A DNA stretch of 64,000 nt, taken from positions 2,390 through 66,389 of the forward strand of contig JAODBH010000085.1 in assembly GCA_025463865.1 (NCBI GenBank), in the 5' to 3' direction. This DNA comes from Actinomycetes bacterium (GTDB taxonomy: Bacteria; Actinomycetota; Acidimicrobiia; IMCC26256; Chersky-534). The translations under genes and the position numbers were made by a program. Below the pieces are notes generated by a model. That model worked only from the letters and a program-made list of their open reading frames with translations. It was not told where the DNA came from and made no database searches. Shown here piece after piece: positions 9,789-18,254 of this stretch (positions within the stretch are counted from its first letter, which is position 1; each line of letters opens with the position of its first letter).

Positions 9789-10298
9789 GTGGGCGTCGCG
9801 CTAGGTTCTGCAGCCGTGGCGACCAACCCCGATCCGGATCTCCAGCTCACGACGACGACGGGCAGCACGCGCTCGCTCGACGACTGGACGACGATGTTCC
9901 ACCTCTGCCTCGTGATCCTGCCGGATCGCCCGGAAGGGCGCGCGTGGGTGCCGGTCGCGGAGCGCATCTTCCGCACGCTCGGCGACGCCGACTGCCACAC
10001 CGCCTTCTGCGTCCCCAGCACCACCGCGATCACCGAGCGCGTGATCGGTGACCTCGAGAAGCCGGTGCTCACGTTCATCGACCCGGACCAGGACTTCGTG
10101 AAGAGCCTCGGGCTCACGCACCTCCCGGCGTTCGTCCACATCCGGCAGAACGCGACCGTCGCGGATGCCGCGGAGGGTTGGGACGTGCGGGAATGGAAGC
10201 GCGTCGCGGCGTCGATCGCGAAGGCGATGAAATGGACCACGCCCGAGATCGTCGGTCCCGACCTTCCGCCACCGACTCCGGGCTGGCCCCTGCGATAG
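9789..10298 (+). CDS. Hypothetical protein, possibly thioredoxin/redoxin-like fold without CxxC
   Basis: 169-aa ORF with high GC3. The spacing of hydrophobic blocks (FHLCLVILP, TAFCVPS, VLTFIDPDQDFVKSLGLTHLPAFVHI) resembles TlpA/redoxin folds. Start uncertain (GTG 9789 or 9816). Confidence 0.5.
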   Translation: MGVALGSAAVATNPDPDLQLTTTTGSTRSLDDWTTMFHLCLVILPDRPEGRAWVPVAERIFRTLGDADCHTAFCVPSTTAITERVIGDLEKPVLTFIDPDQDFVKSLGLTHLPAFVHIRQNATVADAAEGWDVREWKRVAASIAKAMKWTTPEIVGPDLPPPTPGWPLR

Positions 10299-10591
10299 CC
10301 CCGTGAACGCGCCGAACGGGAAAGTGCCGCTGATCACGGAAGATCGCGTTGTAGAACGCCGGCCCGGCTGCCGATACCCATCCCCGGGTGCATTGCCGGC
10401 GAGCCGTAGGCTCCGTGCGCCCAGCGGTGACGGTCACCGCAACCCGCGTTCCACGGGCTGGCCACTGGTGGTCGGGCCCGTCTAGGGTCTCCGGACCTCC
10501 CCCAAACGGCGTCATGTGGCGCGCGGATCGCCTTTCCGCGCACCACCGTTGCGACGTCTTCCTGTCCGCTGCTGAAGGGGAAACACGCCGC
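10299..10591 (+). promoter_or_regulatory. Long ORF-free 5' leader of the NlpC/P60 gene; candidate cis-regulatory RNA (possibly ydaO/c-di-AMP class)
   Basis: 293 nt between the upstream stop and ATG 10592 with no credible ORF. GC-rich hairpins are present (e.g. GCGCGG-N9-CCGCGC at ~10523-10546). Partial resemblance to ydaO blocks (CGCUGAUC, ACCCA, CGGGUGCAUUG, CCCGUCUAGGGUCUCCGGA). Not verified by a covariance model. Confidence 0.3.
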
Positions 10592-11683
10592 ATGTCGTTG
10601 CCGTTGCGCCGGATTGCTCCGATCCTGCTCATGAGTCTGCTCGCCGCCATCGCGGCACCGCTGACGGCAACCGCGGCGGGTGCGAGTCCCATCGACGACA
10701 AGAAGGCCGAAGCCGCGCGGCTCGCCGCGGCGATCGACGCGAACGGCGAGAAGATCTCCGCGCTCGACGAGCAGCGGAACGCGGCGCAGCTCAAGCTGCA
10801 GGACGCGCAGTCGCAGATCGCCACGGCGAAGCAGCAGATCGAGCAAGCCCAGCAGCAGGCCGACGCGCTGAAGGCCGTACTCGGTCAGCGCGCCGCGTCG
10901 ATCTACACCGACGCGACCAGCCCCGGCGGCTCGTCCAGCCTCAACGATCCGATCACCGCGGCCGCGCGGTCCACCTACGCCGCCGCGGCCGCGAGCAAGA
11001 ACGACGGAATGATCTCCCAGCTCACGGTGATCAAAGAACAGCTGGCGCAGAAGAAGGCCGACTTCGAAGCCGCGCAAGCTGAGGCCCAGGCGCAGAACGA
11101 TCAGCTCGCGGCGGCCGCGAAGCAGGCCGCCACCCTGCAGGCGAATCAGGAGCAGCTGCTCTCCCAGACCAAGGGCCAGCTCGCTGCGCTCGTCACCGCC
11201 GACCAGCAACGCCGCGACGCCGCGGCGAAGGCGGCCGCGCTCGCCGCGATCCAGCGGGCCGCGGCCCGCAGCACCAGCACGCGCAGCGGCGCCAGCGCAC
11301 CGAAGATCGACACCAGCAAGCTGCCGCCGCCGTCGGGTCGGGCCGCCGCCGCGATCAGCTTCGCCTACGCGCAGCTCGGCAAGCCCTACGTCTACGCCGC
11401 CACCGGCCTGGCCTCCTACGACTGCTCGGGCCTGACCATGCGGGCCTGGGGTGCCGCGGGCGTGTCGCTGCCCCACTACTCGGGCGCGCAGTACTCGATG
11501 TTCCCGAAGGTGCCACTCAGCCAGCTCCAGCCGGGCGACCTCGTCTTCCGCGGCGCCGGCGGCAGCCAGCACGTGTCGCTCTACATCGGCGGCGGGCAGG
11601 TCATCAGCGCGCCCCACACGGGTGACGTGGTGAAGGTCCAGGGCATGGGCAACGTCCTCCCGTACGGCTCCCGCCCCGGCTGA
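10592..11683 (+). CDS. Secreted coiled-coil NlpC/P60 peptidoglycan endopeptidase (RipA-like)
   Basis: ATG 10592 preceded by GAAGGGGA. Signal peptide MSLPLRRIAPILLMSLLAAIAAPLTATAAGA, long Ala/Gln-rich coiled coil, and a C-terminal NlpC/P60 domain (YVYAATGLASYDCSGLTMRAW, HVSLYIGGGQVISAPHTG). Confidence 0.9.
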   Translation: MSLPLRRIAPILLMSLLAAIAAPLTATAAGASPIDDKKAEAARLAAAIDANGEKISALDEQRNAAQLKLQDAQSQIATAKQQIEQAQQQADALKAVLGQRAASIYTDATSPGGSSSLNDPITAAARSTYAAAAASKNDGMISQLTVIKEQLAQKKADFEAAQAEAQAQNDQLAAAAKQAATLQANQEQLLSQTKGQLAALVTADQQRRDAAAKAAALAAIQRAAARSTSTRSGASAPKIDTSKLPPPSGRAAAAISFAYAQLGKPYVYAATGLASYDCSGLTMRAWGAAGVSLPHYSGAQYSMFPKVPLSQLQPGDLVFRGAGGSQHVSLYIGGGQVISAPHTGDVVKVQGMGNVLPYGSRPG

Positions 11684-11743
11684 TCACACCCGCCCGACCG
11701 CGCGGCCCGCGGCGGGGCGCGTTCCGTGAGCTCCGCTCAGAGC

Positions 11744-12751
11744 TCAGGGAATGACGAGCATCCCGAGCTCCGCCTCCAGCTGCGGCCGCGGCTTCGCGCC
11801 GAGCGACTGACGTTCGAGCCGGCCGTTGCGGAACAGGCCGATCAACGGGATCGACTGCACCTGGTACTGCTGCGCGAGCGCGGGCTCCTCGTCGATGTTG
11901 ACCTTGACCACCTTGTAGGCGCCCTCGCGCATTCCGGCGATCTGCTCGACGACCGGGCCGACCTGGCGGCACGGTCCGCACCACGGTGCCCAGAAGTCGA
12001 CGATGACGGGAAGCTCGCTCCGCAGCACCTCGGAGTCCCACTGTGCGGTGGTGACCGACGGGACCCGTTCGATCGGGTCGTCCGGAACGGGCTCGTTCGG
12101 CGCCTCGCCCGCGCGCACTGCGTCGAGCCATTCGTGCGCCTGCTGCACGCTCTCGAGCGCGACCTGGTGGCCCATCGGGTACTCGCCGTAGACGACCGCC
12201 ATGCCGTGCGCCTGCAAGGTGCGGGCCAGCTCGCGTCCGCGCTTCACCGGGATCAGGGGGTCCTGGGAGCCGTGTTGGACAAGGGCGGGACGACCCGCGA
12301 CGCCGGCCCAATCGGGCTCGAGGCCGGGCATCTCCGGGTAATACGAGCTCATGGCGAGCAACGCGGCCGGGTGGTCCTTGCCGCTGTTTCGCAGGCTGAG
12401 CGCGACCGCGATCGCGCCGCCCTGGGAGAACCCCGCGACGACAGCCTCCGAGCGGGGGAACCCGAGCGCCTCGCACTGCTCGTCGAGCAGCTCGTCGACG
12501 GCGTCGACCGCGTCGAGGAAGCCCGAGGGGGCCGCGTCACCGCTCTGCGACGTGACTCCACCGATGTCGTACCAGCCGTACCCGGGCGAGACCGCGATCG
12601 GACCACGCGGCAGCACGGTCGCGAAGTGGCCCTCGGGGTCGAGGTACGGCAGGAGACCGGCGAGGTCCTGCTCATCGGCGCCGTATCCGTGCACGAGCAG
12701 CAACACCCGTTCGGCGTTCGGGCCGCCGATCACATTGCTGACGAGATCCAT
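11744..12751 (-). CDS. Fusion protein: phospholipase/carboxylesterase-type alpha/beta hydrolase + C-terminal thioredoxin
   Basis: ATG 12751 preceded by GGAGGAG. N-terminal part has LLLVHGYGADEQDL, nucleophile elbow GFSQGG, HGSQDPLIP and YPMGH. C-terminal ~110 aa read VIVDFWAPWCGPCRQ...VKVNIDEEPALAQQYQVQSIPLIGLF (WCGPC at 11969-11983). Confidence 0.85.
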   Translation of the reverse strand: MDLVSNVIGGPNAERVLLLVHGYGADEQDLAGLLPYLDPEGHFATVLPRGPIAVSPGYGWYDIGGVTSQSGDAAPSGFLDAVDAVDELLDEQCEALGFPRSEAVVAGFSQGGAIAVALSLRNSGKDHPAALLAMSSYYPEMPGLEPDWAGVAGRPALVQHGSQDPLIPVKRGRELARTLQAHGMAVVYGEYPMGHQVALESVQQAHEWLDAVRAGEAPNEPVPDDPIERVPSVTTAQWDSEVLRSELPVIVDFWAPWCGPCRQVGPVVEQIAGMREGAYKVVKVNIDEEPALAQQYQVQSIPLIGLFRNGRLERQSLGAKPRPQLEAELGMLVIP

Positions 12752-12864
12752 GCCTCTCCTCCAGTACGCGTGCGGGCGTTGCAGCCAACCGTCGAGCCTA
12801 CGGCTGGATTCCCGGCGCCCTTCCACCCGTGCCAGCATGACGACTCGTCGATCGCGGAGGATCC

Positions 12865-13905
12865 ATGCGCCTCGGAATCAACCTCGGATACCAGGACTGG
12901 GGTACCGGCCTCGCGGACGCGCTCGAGCTCGCGCGGGAGGCCGAGCGCCTCGGCTACCACTCGGCGTGGACCGCCGAGGCCTACGGCACCGATGCCATCA
13001 CCCCGCTCACCTGGATCCTCGCCCACACGACCACGCTGCACGGCGGATCGGCCGTCATGCAGATGCCGGCCCGTACGCCCGCGATGACCACCATGACCGC
13101 GTTGACGCTCGACCTCATGAGCAACGGCCGCTTCCTCCTCGGCCTCGGTTTGTCGGGCCCGCAAGTGGTCGAGGGCTGGCACGGCCAGCCGTACGGCAAA
13201 CCGCTCGCGAAGACGCGCGAGTACATCGAGATCATCCGCCGGATCTGGCGACGCGAGATGCCCGTCGAGCACCACGGTGACCACTACGACATCCCTTATA
13301 CCGGCGAGGGCGCCACCGGACTCGGCAAGCCGCTGAAGCTGATCGTGCATCCCACCCGTCCGTGTCCGCCGATCTACCTCGCGGCGATCGGCCCGAAGAA
13401 CGTGGAGCTGTGCGCCGAGCTCGCCGAGGGCTGGCTGCCCATCTTCTTCTCGCCGTACCGCCTCGCCACCACATACGGCGACCAGCTCGCGGCCGGCTTC
13501 GCGGCCGCGGGCGACGGCAAGAGCCTGGCCGACTTCGACATCGCGCCAACCGTCACGGTCATGGTCGGCGACGACGTCGACGCGCTGCGAAACGCCGTGA
13601 AGCCGGGGATCGCGTTGTACGTCGGCGGCATGGGCGCGCGCGGCAAGAACTTCTACAACGACCTCGCCTGCCGCTACGGCTTCGAAGGCGCGGCCAAGAC
13701 GATCCAGGACCTCTATCTCGACGGCAAGAAGGCCGAGGCCGCCGCCGCGGTACCCGACGAGCTGGTCGACGAGATCGCACTGGTCGGACCGCGTGCCCGC
13801 ATCGCCGACCGGCTCGATGCGTGGCGGGAGTCGGGCATCACCACGCTCATCGTCGGCGCCTCGCAGCCGGAGGCATTGCGCACGATGGCCGAGCTCGCGC
13901 TCTGA
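12865..13905 (+). CDS. LLM-class (luciferase-like) F420-dependent oxidoreductase
   Basis: MRLGINLGY...[33 protein letters not shown]...[20 protein letters not shown]: typical LLM/F420 family blocks. Confidence 0.85.
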   Translation: MRLGINLGYQDWGTGLADALELAREAERLGYHSAWTAEAYGTDAITPLTWILAHTTTLHGGSAVMQMPARTPAMTTMTALTLDLMSNGRFLLGLGLSGPQVVEGWHGQPYGKPLAKTREYIEIIRRIWRREMPVEHHGDHYDIPYTGEGATGLGKPLKLIVHPTRPCPPIYLAAIGPKNVELCAELAEGWLPIFFSPYRLATTYGDQLAAGFAAAGDGKSLADFDIAPTVTVMVGDDVDALRNAVKPGIALYVGGMGARGKNFYNDLACRYGFEGAAKTIQDLYLDGKKAEAAAAVPDELVDEIALVGPRARIADRLDAWRESGITTLIVGASQPEALRTMAELAL

Positions 13906-13930
13906 GCCGATCCGTCGGCGCCGCCCCGCA

Positions 13931-13948
13931 CGGACCCCGGCGGGTCCG
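13931..13948. terminator. Hairpin between convergent genes (possible bidirectional terminator)
   Basis: CGGACCC-CGGC-GGGTCCG perfect 7-bp stem, followed by TTGGGTTG. Lies between stop 13905 (+) and stop 13964 (-). Confidence 0.45.
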
Positions 13949-13963
13949 TTGGGTTGCGTCGGT

Positions 13964-14803
13964 TCAGAACAGCACGTTGGCCTGGTCGACGAACGCGCGG
14001 CCGAGTGCCTGATCGCCCGAGAGGTGCACCGCACCGCTCGCCATGATCTCGTCGACGTCGCCGCGCCCGTTCATCAAACGCACGAACGTGTCGGTGTCCA
14101 TCGACAGCCGCGCGGTGGGCTCCGGCACGGGGTCCGTCAACCGCGCTCGCCCGTCGACCTCGACGCCGATCGAACGGTTGGCCGCCCCCGAGATCTCGAG
14201 CACCAGCGTCGTACCGGTGGGCGCGCCGACCTTCTTGCCGACGACGTAGGGGACGAAGCCCACCAGCTGTGCGTAGCAGTTGTCCGCGGCCGCGCCGGTG
14301 ACATCGCCGGGACGTCCGAGCGCTCGTCGCATGTCCTGCTCGTGCACCCACGAGTCGAAGATCCTGAAGGGCAGCAGGGTGGCGATGGTGCCGGGTCCCA
14401 TCGGCGTCCACGACGGCGTCTCGAACCCGTCGTCGTCGAGCGGACGTAACTGGGCGAGCCGTTCGCCGGTGATCGCGCGGAACTCCGCGAGGGTCTCGGC
14501 GCCGGAGCGCGCACGCCAGGCGTCGACCCAGGCCTCGTTGAGCGCACCGATGCCGCCCTTGTCGTGCACTCCCCCGGCTGCGCCCTCCATCGCCGCGGCC
14601 GCCGTCTCGGTCACCGCCTTCGGAGTGGGCCGGCCTGCGAGCATCGCTTCGATGCCGAACAGGTGGGTGACGTTGTCCTGCACGCTCCAGCCCGGACACT
14701 CGGTGGGCGTGTTCCACTCCTCCTCGTCGAGCGCGTCGCCGAGCGCGCCGATCGACTCCCACACCGACGCGAGCTGCTCGACGAGCGCACGTCCGCTCGT
14801 CAT
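13964..14803 (-). CDS. Maleylpyruvate isomerase-family mycothiol-dependent enzyme (DinB-like N-domain + SCP2-like C-domain)
   Basis: Last 279 codons of ORF 13964..16015, from ATG 14803: MTSGRALVEQLASVWESIGALGDALDEEEWNTPTECPGWSVQDNVTHL...FDSWVHEQDMRRALG. Confidence 0.8.
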   Translation of the reverse strand: MTSGRALVEQLASVWESIGALGDALDEEEWNTPTECPGWSVQDNVTHLFGIEAMLAGRPTPKAVTETAAAAMEGAAGGVHDKGGIGALNEAWVDAWRARSGAETLAEFRAITGERLAQLRPLDDDGFETPSWTPMGPGTIATLLPFRIFDSWVHEQDMRRALGRPGDVTGAAADNCYAQLVGFVPYVVGKKVGAPTGTTLVLEISGAANRSIGVEVDGRARLTDPVPEPTARLSMDTDTFVRLMNGRGDVDEIMASGAVHLSGDQALGRAFVDQANVLF

Positions 14804-15258
14804 CGGTCCGCGCTCTCGAGCGGTCCGCCCCGCATGTGGTGACCGAGATCCCCGACCAGGTCGGGGAACACCTGACGGTGCTCGAAGCGCCAGGTGCCGC
14901 CGTCCTTCACGAACCGGTCGTGGTACCGACCGACGAGGATCGCCTGGAGCGGGAAGTCGTCGACGGCCTGCCACACCGTGAAGTACGTGCGCGCGCTGGC
15001 TTCGGTTGCGTCGCGCTCGTGCTCGATCGACACGTTCGACAAGACGTGCCGGGTGCGCGGCGTCCCGTCGGCGTAGATGATGACGGGGTCGTAGTTCCGG
15101 GCCCGGATCGCCGCCGCGCCGCGCACCGGCTCGGCCCGATTGGGTGATCCCCAAGTGGCGTGCTCGAACAGCGCGGCGACGCCGTCGAGGTCGCCGGCAT
15201 CGAGCCGCTCCGCGTACACGTGGATCAGCGACTGGATCTCGATGCGGTCGGTCCTCAT
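14800..15258 (-). CDS. SnoaL-like/NTF2-fold protein
   Basis: From ATG 15258: MRTDRIEIQSLIHVYAERLDAGDLDGVAALFEHATW...GRYHDRFVKDGGTWRFEHR. Its stop overlaps the downstream start by 4 nt (ATGA). Confidence 0.75.
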   Translation of the reverse strand: MRTDRIEIQSLIHVYAERLDAGDLDGVAALFEHATWGSPNRAEPVRGAAAIRARNYDPVIIYADGTPRTRHVLSNVSIEHERDATEASARTYFTVWQAVDDFPLQAILVGRYHDRFVKDGGTWRFEHRQVFPDLVGDLGHHMRGGPLESADR

Positions 15259-15340
15259 GACGGGGAATCCTCGCGCGCGCACCCGCCGCGCTCCAGATGC
15301 GATCGGCCGGTTGCGCCGGGCCCCGATAGCGTGCGCTCCC

Positions 15341-15994
15341 GTGAGGTACCGGGCGGTCATCTTCGACATCGGCGGGGTGATCTATCCCTCCCCCTTCGAG
15401 GGGATCCGGGCGTACGAGCGCAGCATCGGCTTGGAGCCCGGGTTCCTCGGCGCCCTGATCCACGCGCAGGGCCACGACGGCGCCTGGTCCGCCATGGAAC
15501 GGGGCGAGATCGATCCCCGGCAGTTCGCCACCGCGTTCGCGCTCGAGTGCAGGGACGCGGGCGCTCCGGTGGCGGTCGACGGCGCCGCGTTCATGGCCGC
15601 GATGTCCAGCGGCGCCGGGCCCCGGCCCGAGATGCTGGCCGCGGTCGCCGTGCTGCAGGCGGCCGGACTTCGCACGGCCGCGCTCACCAACAACTGGCAG
15701 CCGCTCGATTCCGGGGGCAGCGAGATGGTCGAGCTGATGAGCCACTTCGACGTCGTGATCGAGTCGAGCGTGGTCGGCCTTCGCAAACCCGACCCGCGCA
15801 TCTACGAGCTCGTCTGCGAGCGGCTCCGCGTCGAGCCCTCCGAGGCCGTGTTCCTCGACGACCTCGGCGTCAACCTCAAAGGCGCGCGTGCGCTCGGCAT
15901 CGCGACGATCAAGGTCGACGACCCTGACGTCGCACTCGCGGAGCTCGGCGCCCTGGTCGGACTCGACCTGGCGGGCCACGCCGCGACAGGCTGA
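15341..15994 (+). CDS. HAD-superfamily hydrolase (subfamily IA)
   Basis: GTG 15341. VIFDIGGVI (DxG nucleophile block), ALTNN, VVGLRKPDPRIYE, FLDDLGVNLKGA. Confidence 0.8.
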   Translation: MRYRAVIFDIGGVIYPSPFEGIRAYERSIGLEPGFLGALIHAQGHDGAWSAMERGEIDPRQFATAFALECRDAGAPVAVDGAAFMAAMSSGAGPRPEMLAAVAVLQAAGLRTAALTNNWQPLDSGGSEMVELMSHFDVVIESSVVGLRKPDPRIYELVCERLRVEPSEAVFLDDLGVNLKGARALGIATIKVDDPDVALAELGALVGLDLAGHAATG

Positions 15995-15998
15995 GCCG

Positions 15999-16607
15999 AT
16001 GGAGCTGATCCTCATCCGTCACGCGGAGCCCGAACGCATCGCGTCCGGTGAGGGTGGGCCCGGACCCGTCGACCCGGCGCTGACCGACCGGGGCCGCGCG
16101 CAGGCCGACCGCCTCGCCGCCTGGTTCAGGGGCGACCCGATCGACGCGGTGATCTCGAGCCCGTTGCGGCGCGCGATCGACACCGCCGCCCCACTCGCCG
16201 CCGCGCTGCACGTCGAGCCAACCGTCGTGGCCGGGCTCGTGGAGTACGACGCGGCGACCGACCATTACATCCCGGTCGAAGAGTTGCGGGTGGCGAAGGA
16301 CGCGCGCTGGGACGCAATGGTCGCAGGCCGCTGGGAGGAGTTCGGCGGCGAGAACCCGCACGTCTTCCGGTCGCGGCTCGTCCCCGAGTTCGACGCCATC
16401 GTCGACGCGCATCGCGGACGACGGGTTGCGGTCGTCTGTCACGGCGGGGTCATCAACGTGTACCTCGCGGCCGTGCTCGGACTCGACGCGCACCTCTGGT
16501 TCGAGCCCGTCTACACGTCGGTGTCACGCGTCCTCGCGTCTGGCGGTCACCGGTCGCTGCGCTCCCTCAACGAGACCGCGCACCTCGACGGGGAACGGAC
16601 GCGGTGA
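15999..16607 (+). CDS. Histidine phosphatase (phosphoglycerate mutase-like) family protein
   Basis: MELILIRHAEPE (RHG-type motif), LTDRGRAQA, SSPLRRAIDTA, VVCHGGVI. Confidence 0.85.
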   Translation: MELILIRHAEPERIASGEGGPGPVDPALTDRGRAQADRLAAWFRGDPIDAVISSPLRRAIDTAAPLAAALHVEPTVVAGLVEYDAATDHYIPVEELRVAKDARWDAMVAGRWEEFGGENPHVFRSRLVPEFDAIVDAHRGRRVAVVCHGGVINVYLAAVLGLDAHLWFEPVYTSVSRVLASGGHRSLRSLNETAHLDGERTR

Positions 16608-17398
16608 CCCCCGTCCCCGCACCGGCAAGCGTCCGCACCGAGGTCGACGGACCCGTGCTCGTCGTGACCATCGACCGGCCCGAGGTCCGCAACGCGGTCG
16701 ACGGGCCGACCGCTCGGGCACTGGCCGACGCGTTCCGCGCCTTTGCGGCCGACGATCGGCTGTCGGTTGCCGTGCTCACCGGTGCCGGCGGGACGTTCTG
16801 CGCCGGTGCCGACCTCGGAGCCATCGCCCGGCCGGACGAGGGACGGGCGAACCGTCTGGATGCCGAGGGCGACGGACCCATGGGACCGACCCGCATGGTC
16901 CTGGACAAGCCGGTGATCGCCGCGGTCGAAGGCTTCGCGGTCGCCGGCGGCCTCGAGCTCGCGCTCTGGTGCGACCTGCGGGTGGCAGCCGAGGACGCGA
17001 CGTTCGGCGTCTACTGCCGGCGGTGGGGAGTACCGCTGATCGACGGAGGCACCGTGCGCCTGCCCCGCATGATCGGCGAGAGCCGCGCCCGCGACCTCAG
17101 TCTCACCGGCCGCGGAGTCTCCGGCGTCGAGGCCCTCGCGATCGGATTGGCGAACCGGGTTGTCGAGCCCGGGACCGCGCTCGCGGCCGCGTCGACACTG
17201 GCCCACGAGCTCGCCGCGCTGCCCCAGCTCTGCCTCCGTTCCGATCGGGCGTCGCTGCACGAGCAGGCCGGACTGCCGCTCGACGCCGCCCTCCGCACGG
17301 AGTTCGAGCATGGGATGCGCACCCTCGCCGAGGGCGGGTTCCTGGAGGGCGCGCGGCGCTTCTCCGGAGGCGCCGGGCGCCACGGCTCGGCCACCTGA
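16604..17398 (+). CDS. Enoyl-CoA hydratase/isomerase (crotonase) family protein
   Basis: GTG start overlaps the previous stop (GTGA). VLVVTIDRPEVRNAVD, VLTGAGGTFCAGADL, PVIAAVEGFAVAGGLELALWCD. Confidence 0.85.
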   Translation: MTPVPAPASVRTEVDGPVLVVTIDRPEVRNAVDGPTARALADAFRAFAADDRLSVAVLTGAGGTFCAGADLGAIARPDEGRANRLDAEGDGPMGPTRMVLDKPVIAAVEGFAVAGGLELALWCDLRVAAEDATFGVYCRRWGVPLIDGGTVRLPRMIGESRARDLSLTGRGVSGVEALAIGLANRVVEPGTALAAASTLAHELAALPQLCLRSDRASLHEQAGLPLDAALRTEFEHGMRTLAEGGFLEGARRFSGGAGRHGSAT

Positions 17399-17407
17399 GC
17401 CGCGGGC

Positions 17408-18076
17408 TCAGATGCCGGGACGCGCCGCGGTCTTGTCGGGCGCGGGTGCAACCATGTGGCGGGCGAACCACTGACGCGACAGCTCCCGCGTCCGCGTCGA
17501 CCAGGGACTCCTGGTCCGGGCGGGCAGCACCCGCAGTTCGTTCACGCAGCGCAAGTGGGCCTGCATCTCGCGGGCCCGTTCGAGCGCTTCGTGCTCCGGA
17601 CTGTGGATGAGCATCAACACCGGCGCGGTGATCTCGCGCAGGATCGCACGACCACCGTCGGGGCGACCGCCCACGGTCACCACTGCACGCACCGATTCGG
17701 GACGCGCGCCCGCCGTCCACAGCACCCACGCCGAGCTGCTTCCTGTGCCGAGCATGCCCACACGCTCGTCGTCGGGCCAACGGAGCGCGACCCATCGCAG
17801 GATCGCGTCGATCCGACGATGCAACGCGGCACTCCCGATCGTGCCGGGACCTGTGGACTCGGCGGTGCTGACGACGTCGACAATGAGCGCCGCGAGGCCC
17901 GCCCGCACCAGCTCGACGGCCAGCAGGTCGAGATCGTCGCGGTAGAGACTCGCTCGACCGCAGCCGAGCAGGACGATCGACGGGCCCACCCCCGAGTGCT
18001 CCAGGCGGGCCCACAGCCGGACCTTCCCCACCGGGATCTCGAGCTCTTCGCTCACTGTCGGCTCCGTCACGATCAC
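17408..18076 (-). CDS. Alpha/beta-fold hydrolase-like protein (dienelactone hydrolase-like), tentative
   Basis: ORF 17408..18151. Good GC3 and a beta-alpha pattern (SIVLLGCGRAS, AALIVDV, VGMLGTGSSSAW, VVTVGGRPD, PVLMLIHSPEHEA). No clean GxSxG motif. Start uncertain (GTG 18076 or 18151). Confidence 0.5.
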   Translation of the reverse strand: MIVTEPTVSEELEIPVGKVRLWARLEHSGVGPSIVLLGCGRASLYRDDLDLLAVELVRAGLAALIVDVVSTAESTGPGTIGSAALHRRIDAILRWVALRWPDDERVGMLGTGSSSAWVLWTAGARPESVRAVVTVGGRPDGGRAILREITAPVLMLIHSPEHEALERAREMQAHLRCVNELRVLPARTRSPWSTRTRELSRQWFARHMVAPAPDKTAARPGI

Positions 18077-18254
18077 ACCCCGGGCCCGCGATGCGGGCTC
18101 TCCACCCGTGCGCCCGGTCTCCACAGTGGACCTCGTTCCCGGAGGCGGCAAGACCTCGTGGCGTACCGCCGCGTTTTGCCCCGGTGGCAGCCGGGTACCG
18201 GGAGCGCAATCCCTTCGTGGGCCCTACGCCCGCGTCCGTCGATCGGAGGACTTC

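Noticed and set aside
13964-16015. 683-aa minus-strand ORF
   Set aside because: This is a composite. Only 13964-14803 is the DinB/mycothiol-type gene. The rest runs antisense through the SnoaL and HAD regions in a non-coding-looking frame.
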